From Podarcis filfolensis (taxonomy: Eukaryota), in assembly GCA_964270895.1 (NCBI GenBank), contig OZ185440.1: a stretch of DNA of 64,000 nt; one strand, given 5' to 3'. Each line of letters starts with the position of its first letter. Within the stretch, counting starts at the first letter, position 1. Positions 25,212 to 36,400 of this stretch are shown piece by piece. The position numbers were made by a program, and so were the translations under genes. Below the pieces are notes generated by a model. The model saw nothing but the letters and a program-made list of their open reading frames with translations, ran no database searches and was not told where the DNA came from.

Positions 25212-27857
25212 CTCTAGACACAGTTGCCAATACATATGGGAGGCACTAAATTAGCCAATTAATCAGCACATTTTGTTGGAGGAACTCATGTGTCTCTCTG
25301 GATATTAAACCTCCACTAACATGGAAGGCCCAGCAGGATTATTTATGGTCCTCATGTCACAGTGCCATCAGGGGGCTGTGGACATAGCAGAGCAAGACTT
25401 CATTTCCTGAAGGACCCAAACCATCAGATGTTAATTCAATTCTTGGGAGTTTTGAATCGTAGGGGGACTATAGGATTCTTCATGTCTGACCCTAGCAGCA
25501 CCAAAGACATGTTTCTTTCATGTATTTATCCCACATTGCTGCAAAAATTTTGCATGTTCAGTACAATGAGCATGTGCGTGCATGAAGGTGGGGTTGGGGG
25601 GGATTGTGCAGGTCCTTCCCATCTGATCAGCACTGCAGGATGAGACCTACTTTATGGTGCTATATACTACTTTATGGTACTTTATAGACATTCAAATATT
25701 ATTGTAGTGTTATGGGATGAAGCCATAGAATAGCAACTCCTGTCACATAGTCACAGGCCTAGGATTTATTGTTCATTCTTAACCTGGAACTATCTCTTTT
25801 TTCAATACTTATTCTGACCAATGTGTTACCTTACTTGTTCTATGAAAGCAGTTCTGTAATTATGGTTGGTAGGTCACTTGATACAATTCTTCATGCAACT
25901 ATTATATTAAAAGCCAATTCAAAATAACCATGCTGTACACAAAATGTGCTTGATGCTTAATAGGATGTACGTGCTGAATAGAAAGATGTCTCAGAGGGGG
26001 AGGAAAGTGGAAGAGGACTATGGAACAAATAAGCATGTCTTTTTTCACATATAATATGAAAAATTTCCGCATGTTCTAGCACTGCCAATAAAAAAAAAAT
26101 GTCTCTAGAACCTGACATTAATTAGTTGCTGGACCATTTAACACAGCAGACACTATAATTCAATTAAAGAGAATATATGGCTTTCTAAAACTCCAGACAA
26201 AGAAGCCAAAGAACACTCCAATGTGCAATTTTGCATTTTCTTCTCCTTTTTCCTCTAAATGTATGACTTTATCATACACCATGTGGAAAACGTAAACTGA
26301 CCCTGCAATAGCACAGAATAAGGATATGCTGGTCCCAAAATGCTGATGGTGTCAAATGTGAGAGATGAAGAGTCAGGGGCACCTAAAAACATCACTATCC
26401 ACAAGTGGGTTCTGTAGTAATTCATAGTGAGGCAGCTGAAGGGAGAGTGACTTTTAATATTTTCCTTCATCCTGACCTTTAGCCAAATTGCTAAATGTGA
26501 AACGGGGGGAGGGGGAGGGTTGTTTGTCATTATGTTATGCATTTTTTGTGCTTTTATATTGTGAACTGCCCTGTGATCCTCGGATGAAGGGTGGTATGGA
26601 AATTTAATTATCCTCTTAATCAACATCGTCATCATTTTGCATTTGGGCAGCAACATAGTTCTTACTCGGCTGGTTAAAATATAATAGGGCCAGATTTGAT
26701 GAAGTGAACATGCGTGAGGGCCGACCAAAGTTGTTGACCTTTTTTAAGGATTTTACCCCAGGGAACAAACTGCCACAGGGGCCGGATTAAACTGGCTGAT
26801 GGGCCGGATTAGGTCCCTGAAATGGACTTTGGACATGCCTGCAATATAACAATACCACTCAGTGCTGTCCCTGAGGTTACCCACTATGATTTCACACATA
26901 TTGATCAGTTTCCTTAACCGAAAGGTCTTGCCATGAAACATGTCAAGCATGATCCAGCAATTTTGACAGACAGCACTTCCCCTCGCAAAGGTTGCATCTA
27001 ACATTATTCCAAACTGTATTTCCCTCCCCCCCCCATCGATTATAAGATTGGAGTCTATTTTGTATATACATAATCAACTAATGAAGCTAGCTGAACATAA
27101 AAGCTACATATAAAGTATGTTTTATTTAATCATAACAACAACAACAGCAAATAAATAAATAAATAAATAAATGCCACATGAACATTAAGAGATAAGATTT
27201 TTGAACCTTTATCCAAGAAGCAAACATATTGAAGTTACATTTAAATGCAGGTGCCACATTTTTGCCACAGTTGCTTGTAAACAGATTGATAAAAACACAA
27301 TTAAATCAATCATTAAACATTCTTAAAGACCATAAAATGTAAAGAGCCATTAGATGCAAGAAAATATTCTCAATTTGTACCGTTGTTCAAAAGCAGGCTG
27401 GGGAATCACTGGCCCAGGAAATAAGCCACACTGAAAAGCATAGGACTTACTTCTCAGTAAACATTCACATAATAGTGCTGTAAGAAGACAGTATGAATGA
27501 ATGATCACTTGCTGAAACCTAAAAGTTTGCAAAAACCTGTGGAAAATGCTACAGAGTTAATGAAATTACCTGAAGTGCTACAGGGAAACATACATTGACT
27601 GCTCCTAATAATGAGTTTAACTAGAAGACTTCCTCATTATCTACACATTACAAAAAAGATTTAGAGGTGGGAATAAAATTAGTTTCAACAACTTATAATA
27701 CCTTACCTTACCTTGGTGGAGACGTGTGCTACAGAATGTCTATCTTGCTATTAGAAGAACAAAACCAAAAACAAGCACAATCATTCAAGTTTGTCCTTTA
27801 ACCTACTTGCATTAACAGTTTTTACAAAAGAAAAAACCTTTGGATAACTGATTTCAT

Positions 27858-28203
27858 ACCCTCCAATATTTCTCCAATGAAAATAGGGATGTCCGATTCC
27901 ATAATTTTATTTTTTATATTATTTATATCCCACACATCGTATTGGGTTGCCCCAGTACTCTGGGCAGCTTCCAACATATATAAAACCATAATAAAACAGT
28001 AAACATTTTTTAAAAAAACTTCCCTGTACAGGATTGCCTTCAGACAACTCAGGGATTGTATAACTCCATACCCTCCCAACATTTCTGCAATGAAAATAGG
28101 GACATCCTAAGGAAAAGTGGGACATTCTGGGACCAAATCAGAAACTGGGATGGCTTCTCTAAATGAGGGACGTCCCTGAAAAATAGGGACACTTGAAGGG
28201 CTA
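27858..28203. mobile_element. Repeat cluster: two copies of a MITE left end (CATACCCTCC..GAAAATAGGGA) around a minus-strand L2 3' end (about 27915-28045)
   Basis: Direct repeat at about 27858-27897 and about 28067-28108; L2 motif GGGTTGCCCCAGTACTCTGGGCAGCTTCCAAC. Confidence 0.6.
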
Positions 28204-31200
28204 GCAACTGCTCCTCCCTCTACAATAAGCCAATTTCTCTTTATATTAATCAGGATGTAATAGAAATAAGAAAACAATTCTGTTTATCATCTTCCAATAT
28301 ATAGTAATATTATTTATGTGATGTGCAGGAATTACCAACCTTTTTGGACTAGTTGGCATATTTTGAATTTTGAGGTAGTGCTATGGCTGCCTATCACAAA
28401 ATGGCAGCCATTGGAAAGTGGCATAGCACAAAATGGCTGCCATGAGGGTCATGGCATTGCTGCTTCCCCCAAAGACAACCTCGTGCTAATTTTAGGAAGT
28501 CAGTTATTCCCTGAGCAGAACCTAGCTGTATACTGCATACTGCAAATATTTCCCACAAACAGTTTCTTTGGAACATAAACCCAATTGCTCACTGTGAGTA
28601 CTACCCTTCTCTTTTTCTTCCCAGAAGAAATATACTGTAGCGAATGGAGATGTAATGCATTGATCAAATAATGAGTATAGCATTTGCTATTCCAGTAAAT
28701 GGCCTCAGCTTGAAAACAAACTGCCGTTTGACTACCTTTTCAAATATTGCTCAATACAGCCAACATTCATTTCTGAGACTTGAAAACCTTGACACCAAAA
28801 CCCAGCCAGTCTCATCTGACTGCTCTGTATCCTAAAGTGTCTCCATCAGGTAAACACAATTTGATAGCTACATCAACCTCAATAAACTCACTCTACAAAG
28901 TCTGTTAATCCTTATTATAAATAATATGGTAAAACCTCAACAGGAATTGACTCATTTTTCAGACCAAGAAAAAAACACAATTCATTCAATATTATTTCGT
29001 CTGAAACTTACTATAGGCTGAAACGTAATTGGAATTATGTGAGCATATAATATTGGTCATAGTTCTGAGTGTCCATGTTCCACAAAAAGTCCTAGGAGAA
29101 TGGATGGTAGCGGTCTATTAATCTCTCGTTGTTGAGCTCCCAATTAAAGCAACTTTTATATAACTCAGCCACTAATTTTCACACATACACATGTGCACAC
29201 TTCCATCTTGTAAGGGAAGTTTCCCTATTCTACAAAACACCACTCACATAGGATGTGATGGTAATGTATCTCATTTCAGGACCTTGCGACAGCATTGCAT
29301 CGACGAGTATGTCTTATGTTAAGATGTGCTTTGTGGCATATTGCTAGGAGGCAAGAAAAGTAACACCACTTAAACCTTAGATATGCATTTCCCCTCTGGG
29401 AGAAAAGAGAGTTGGCAGTTGTTATTCTGTTTCCAGCTGGCATAAAGCACAAAAGAGGGGAGAGAAATATTGCAGGATGTATTCGCCCTGTAAAATGTCA
29501 CAGTGGTACACTAGTTTATTATTGTGAAGTTTTTAAAATGTCTGAATGACAATTACTTAAAAGATCTAGTCTTGAACATCAAGTTTTTTGGTGTTATTGT
29601 ATTAATGTAGCCTTAACCAACCTAGGGTCCTCCAGTTGCTTTGAACAAAAAGTCCCATCAGCCCCAGCCAGCACATATCTCCTAAGCACTAGTGGGTAGA
29701 GTGGTAGAGCAGCAGCAGAAGCAGCACTCACCAGACCTCCTGCCAGTTGAATTTCTTACCCAGGAGAGGAGAAAGGTAGTGGAGAGGTTGGCTTGGTGCA
29801 AACACAACAGCAGGAGCACTGAATTGGCATACGCACTACGTCAACCTCCCCACTGCTACTGATTCTAAGAAATAGAATTGGGGGAAACAATGGACCACGA
29901 ATGAAGAATTCTGTTGACTAGCCTCAGTAGAGAATCAAAGCTTCTTTCTAGAAGGCTTCATAGCCTTGGACAGGGTTGGAGAACCTCGGGGCCTATTTGG
30001 CCCTCAGGACTTTCACAATGCCACCCACCGTCCCAGTTCTGCACATGCCTCAAGTGATTTTGCCTGGCTCAAATGTGTCCTTGAACTGTGATAATGCCTC
30101 TTGCTTGTTTGGATGTAGGGGAGTGAATACATGGGATGGTGGTGTGTGTCTGCTTGACTGGCACGAAGCCAACAGTACAGAGGTAGGTATCACATCCACA
30201 TTTGCCTCTGTCCCTGCCCACCACTGGGTGGAGGACCCTCTGGAACAGCATGGGAGGTGATGCAGGGTGAGGGGGAATCCAACCCAGAGCTGCTACATAT
30301 CTACCCAAACCTTTAGACTGCTGTAATTTGGAAAAGTTAGAAGCAACAACTGATTTTGTAAGCCCGGGCTCTTCCAAGGCTATATTAAATGCTGAAGGAA
30401 AATATGCACGTTTTTAGGGGTGTCAATTGCCAACCACATCTAACCCCCTCACCAAACCTCCCCCGCCACTAACATTTGCTTGTCAAACCTGCCTAGCCTT
30501 CACGAAGCCCCCAAGTACTGCGCCAACCCCAACTCCTAGACTTTGCCATCCCTCCAGTCCCCCCATTAATCTATTTGTCCTTCTGGTTCCACCTCATGCC
30601 ACCACTGCAGCCAAGTGGGACTACTGGCCCACCAGGAGGATCACTGCAGGAAACAGACCTGAAGTGGTGGCTAGCCAGCCTAGAGATCTGCTGTAGGCCA
30701 ACTCTTCATTATAAATGGTGACAGTAATGGCAGATTACCAGGCTAGCTAGCTAGCCACCACTTCCAATCATGTTCCTGTGCTATTCCCACCACCAGGCTG
30801 GCTCTTCATCCTAACTGGTGGCAGAAAGAGTGGATCCCCAAGATGGCTGGTGCAAAGCAGTGTGCTCTAGCTGTCCCCCCACTGCTTCTTATCATGATGC
30901 AGTTTGCAGTGCCACACACCTGTGGCCAAGCTTACTACAATGTGAAAACAACCTTACATTTTTATTATATGTATATAGAAAAAAAGCTATCACTTATTTG
31001 AGAAATGCTTAATTTAATCTGCTGAAAATAAGAAAATCTTAAATTGCATCTTCACTTGATTGTAGAACCAAATTTGCCATTAAATGTAATTAGAACCTTT
31101 TTGAGTTGCATTAAAGGCAAGTTTAGATAAACAGTTCTTATAAGGTTTCTCTTGTCAGAAGTGATAAGTGCCAAACATTATATAATGGGAAGTACTTTTA

Positions 31201-31428
31201 ACTGAGCTTGTTATGTTTACTAGGCAAAAACTGCTGTCCACATTGGTAGAGCCATGTCTTTTGGGGAATTTCATTTTACTGCACTTACAGTAAGTTTTTT
31301 ACTTGCATTTATATTTTACTTTCCACAGATAAGGTCAGTGCAGTCCTTACTTCTTTTAATTTGTTATAAAATCAAAAGGGACGCAATAATTCAGAATGCA
31401 TGCCGCAAAAAAGACTTTGAAGTAAAAT

Positions 31429-31434
31429 TTTATT
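31429..31434 (-). terminator. Candidate LEPROT poly(A) signal AATAAA (3'UTR about 1.9 kb)
   Basis: AATAAA on the minus strand followed by U-rich GTCTTTTTTG; marks the end of an AT-rich UTR-like block. Confidence 0.6.
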
Positions 31435-33024
31435 GAGTTTTTAAAAAATACATTCACAAATGTATTCTAATACTGTGCAATTCCAGTACTTCAAATGACA
31501 TAAATTACAAAGGTTACAAAAGTTCATATATGCTGTATATGAAGCATCGTCAACAAGAGAATGCAAAGCAATGTTTATCAAATACATGCAGCATGGCTTT
31601 GATGCACATGCCTCCTGCAGAACACAATAATCTTGGAGAAAGGCACTTTGGAGTAAGATTACTATGAGTATTTAGGGTACCACAATACTTTTTTTTTTTT
31701 AAACTATATAATGAAAATCGCTAACATAAATGGTCACAGATACTGGCAGGATGACAAGCTTGGAGCCAAGCAGTATCAGGCTCACAGGAACCTTTATAAC
31801 CCTTGCAATAACTCTTATTTCACACCACCACAAATAGTAATTTGAGTTTGCACATTAAATGGGGGGTGGGAACTTTCAACACTATATCTCACCTATAAAA
31901 TAACTTGTGTTCCCACTTTAAAGAGTAAAGCACCTTTTAGAACAGAGATGGCAAAACCAATCTCCTTTTGAAGGTCACACTCGGTCAAGGTGGGTGCGAC
32001 CAAAGTCAGTTTTGGAGGGGCAGATCCCAAAGCAAGGCAAGGCACACCATTTTTGATACCCATATTAAATCAGGTTGAAGGCCACGTGAAATAAGGCCAG
32101 AGGCTACGGGATACCCACCCCTGCACTAGAAAGTGAAGATTATCATTTGCCTTTATCACACCAGCTTTAAAAAGGTGTATTCTGTATTATTTGAAAATGA
32201 TGGTGAAAGACAGACTTTTGGAACACCAGGAAAAGAAGATCAAAGCTAAATTTCTATTCCTTTTTTTTCATTTGCTGCAGCATAATTTATAAGGCAACTT
32301 CACAACCTAACCCTATGCATGTTGACTCAGGAGTAAATCCCACTGTCTTCAGTAGAGTAAACTGGTGCCTGGGTTACTCCCAAGCAAATGTGTAGAGTAG
32401 TGCAGCGTTAATTTTTATACCTCTACTCTTACCAGAGCTAAAACTACTTTTAAAATTAATTATCTCAAAACTTCCAGCAACACAGAATAGAACTGTCAAT
32501 GCATGAAATGCATCTGCAGGATTGTATCCCATTTTCTCACTCATGCAAAAGCTCTTCTTTAAGAGTGTATTTCAAAGCATTACAAACCCTGAGTAATTTA
32601 AGAATCGAATAGTCTGAGTATTTTACAAACATTACCATTAAAATGTCTTTGTGCTATTGTCACGAAGAAATGCTTACTACAGTTATTTCAGCACTTTGGC
32701 AAAATGAAACTTCTTTTTTTTTTTTTTGCATTTGATATACTTTCAATACCTTTTTTTCTGTACTTCAGGATTTTTTTGTTTTTAAAAAGCAAATGTTGTA
32801 TTAAATTTAAGTGTTGAAACGAAAACTCCACATCACTACAAATCCATCTAACCTGCAAGACAGTCCCAATTTGCAAAATGTAGGTTGCAGTCCAAAAAAT
32901 TCTCACAAATTGCAGCAAGTTGCATGTATCCAACTAAAGAGAAAGACTAGTACTTAAAAGGCAATACATTTACCCTGTGTTAGGATGGCACCAGATACAA
33001 AAAGCAGACCCATATCCAATAGTG

Positions 33025-33147
33025 CATGGTTTTTCCCATTGGTTTTGGACTACAACTCCCATCATTGCTAGCCAGCAGGACCAGTGGTCAGGGATGATGG
33101 GAATTGTAGTCCAAAAACAGCTGGAGATCCAAGTTTGGGAAGCCATG
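33025..33147. mobile_element. Palindromic hAT MITE inside the LEPROT 3'UTR
   Basis: Ends CATGGT.../...GCCATG; internal arms GGACTACAACTCCCATC/GATGGGAATTGTAGTCC; perfect TSD CAATAGTG (33017-33024, 33148-33155). Confidence 0.9.
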
Positions 33148-33314
33148 CAATAGTGTAAAGCTATTAATGCATGCAAATAATATATGTCATCATATGCGTA
33201 TGCGTGTATACACATACATACATACATACATACAATGCACTCTAAGATCCGTGTCATAGTAAAGCTCCCTGTAAGCCCTAAAGTGCAGGTCCATATGAAA
33301 ATCCATTGTGAAGT

Positions 33315-33431
33315 CTACCACTGTTCCCAGGAAAAATCATCTCCTCTTCCAAATAGAACAAAAAAGCCTAAAATGGTAATGAAAATTACTGCATTTCCAG
33401 CCAGAACAAGGCAACAAGCTCCCCACTTGAT
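33315..33431 (-). CDS. LEPROT: LEPROT exon 4 coding part (IKWGACC...DDFSWEQW*)
   Basis: tttcag|ATCAAGTGG...CAGTGGTAG. Confidence 0.97.
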   Translation of the reverse strand: MKWGACCLVLAGNAVIFITILGFFVLFGRGDDFSWEQW

Positions 33432-36400
33432 CTGAAATACAAAGTGAATAAGAAGAAAGATTTACTCTCTATTCGTTGATAGAAAATGCACCCTACTTTG
33501 AGCATTAGACACATACAAAGAAATACAACATCAGGATGCTAAAAGCGCTTACGATCAAACAGTAAATTTTGAGTACCAAGCAAACTAATGTAATCTGAAA
33601 TTGTTACATACCTAAGTAGTCATTACAGGAACTAATTAAACATTTCGTTAAAATGCAGTGATATATATAAACAATTATTTGTCCTTTATGTGTACAATAA
33701 AAGTGGTCGAGAGAGTTCGTGAAAAGTTTACAAGATGCTCAGTGAGAATTTTTCAAGCTCATCCACAATGGAAGGGGAAAATCATTTAGAGTAATTTAGC
33801 GGCAGCCAGCCAAAGTCTTCTCAAAAGAGCAAATTAAAAGTCTGCCCCCATTACTAGAACTATGAAGGCCTGGACACCCCACTGTCCACACATTACTTCT
33901 CTTTGCCACCTTGGCCAAACTAGTATTTAGGTGAAACTGATAAAATAAAGATAAATATGGCATCCTTTATCTTTGAACGGTGAGTAAAATGGTTTTGAAA
34001 AAAACAAAGTTTTAAAATAATATTAAAAAGAATTTACACTGTTGTAAATCTCTTACAGCTAAAATAAATTTAAACTGTTAAGTGATTGTTATTGCTCTAG
34101 ATTACTAATAGGGCAATCCTCTATCTGTCTACTCAAAAGTAAGTCCCATGAATTCAATAGTGCTTGCTTCCAGATAAATGGGCATAGGATTACAGGTCCA
34201 CCAAGCATTATTCTCAGAACTTGGTGCTGGAAAACTACTTTCAAATGCACGTATATGCAACAACTCTGGTCAACCTGGGAACATTTGAGTTCCTGCAACA
34301 CGGAAGGCAGAAAGACGTTTGGACAACACAGTCACTAATCTCTTGTGCTTCTCACTGAGCCTTCAATTCCTGATCTTGTGCATCAGCGGATGCAAACCAA
34401 TATTGTTTGAAAACATGCACACTATTAAGCAAAAAGCAGACATGGAAGATTGAGAACAATGATCCAAGGAAGCAGCCCATTTTTAAAAGTTGATGATATA
34501 AACTTTATAGTAACACTGCTTGGCTCAATATACATATTAATGCTACTTCTTGATTATATTATAGGTTTTCTGAACTTTCTAAAAATATGGAAGTTTTAAA
34601 AAAAATGGTATTATTACTGCTAGCAGTCTTTTTTATATAAAAGCACCTAAAAAAGCTAGAAGCTGTAAAATGATTGTAGTAAACAAAATGTAGGTTTTAT
34701 TATATGGTTTTATTATTTGTTAAAGTTATAGACCCATAACACAAACTCGATACTTTCTACCACAGTATTTTATTTAAGTTTTCTCAACTAACAAAAACTG
34801 AGATATACCTAAATACCTTTGGAAGCAGTAACTTTCAAAATTCCATCTCTAGCACTGGCACTATTGAGAAATATTGTTTCAATACAATTGATGCTGCAAA
34901 CCTATAAAGATCTACTGTACTTCGGAACAAATAAGTCTCATAGAACTCTGTGCAGCTTACTTCAAAGCACTGTGCTGCGTAGCACTTATATTTTTACATT
35001 TCATAAATATGCCACATAGATCAGCAAATAAAATTCTATTGGCTTAGCCATTATTCACTTTAAGCTCTTCCAGTAGAGTAATTTTGGGTTTTATATGTAT
35101 TGTACAGATTTTCTTTCACCAAAAACCTGTAAAAATGTTCCTCCCATCCATGGTTTCTGCATTTCCAGATGTTTTACAATCTTCAGCCTTTAGCAAAACA
35201 TTGTTTGGTAAGAAAAGGAATTAGAGCTCTCTCTAGTGGTCGGACTGTATTATTTATTCTTATTTAACATTCTTAACAAAGAGAAATGGACTAAGTATAC
35301 AGAAGATGTATACAGTCATACCTCGGGTTACGAACGCTGCGGATTGTGCGTTTTCGGGTTGCGGACCGCGGCGAACCCGGAAGTACCAGAGCAGGTCACT
35401 TCCGGGTTTCGGCGCTCACGCAGAAACTCAAAATGACATCATGCGCGTGCGCAGATGCGGCACTGCGGGTTGTGAACGTGCCTCTCGCACAGATCATGTT
35501 TGTAAACCCAAAGTATGACTGTAGTACTACTACTGGAAAATAAATTAGATAAGATCTTGGAAAGGAGAATTCTAGACATAACAAGTTTATGAAACCTCAA
35601 CTAAGGGCTCGGGAGTAAGGAAACCAGGGAGAATACTAGTAGATATGAGAAAGATGTAAATATATCTTTACGTGCTTCTGTTCTGGTAACAAAGCACTGT
35701 GGCTTAATCATTAAGGCAAAGTCAAGTGCACTAACAAAAAACAAAAAAAAGTTTGTTTATCTTAACCTGTCCTATTAAACTCCCAAAGTGAATGAGAGCA
35801 AACAGAACGGTAAACAAGATAGAAATGTAAATTGGGTGAAACAGACTGTTCACTATTTGTGAATGGGAGGGATGTTTTAAGAACAGTAAGAGATTGGAGA
35901 CTGGAGTTTCAAAGGATTTCTAACTGGACACTGCAAGCAAGACAGCCAGCCAGCATCACCAAGCATTTTGCTGCCCAGTATGACTGTCCTTAGCCCAGCA
36001 TGGTTGTCATTAGCCTATCTTGTCACAGGCAACCAACAGAGGAAGGAGAACAGAGCACAATAATAACATGCAAGGGCAGCAGCTCTTGCCTACTGATGTT
36101 GCTGAACTCACTCCTGCTGGTAGGGAAGCGGATAGAGAGGAATACCTGAATGAAAGCCAAAACAGCATCTGCAATAGCTAACACAAACGCCAAAAAATAA
36201 TTCAGAGGAGCCAAGCATTAAAGCAGGTAATAGTTCGCTTTCTTAAAACATGGAAGGTGAGCAACTGCAGATATCAGTAATCGCAGCATGTAGCACCTCC
36301 TTCTGCCTTCCTGCTCTCTGTGGATTTGGAAAAGTTGCCGAGCAGATAATGGAAAGCAGTATGAAATCCTGCTATGCATTCTTGCAAGCACAGGTGGGCA

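Noticed and set aside
29961-30382. Possible MITE bounded by TAGCCTTGGA/TCCAAGGCTA
   Set aside because: The inverted repeat is only 10 bp with no TSD, so it cannot be supported.
31523-31543. TTCATATA-N5-TATATGAA hairpin in the LEPROT 3'UTR as an iron-responsive element
   Set aside because: The minus-strand loop is CAGCA, not CAGWGH, and there is no bulged C. It is an AT-rich chance stem.
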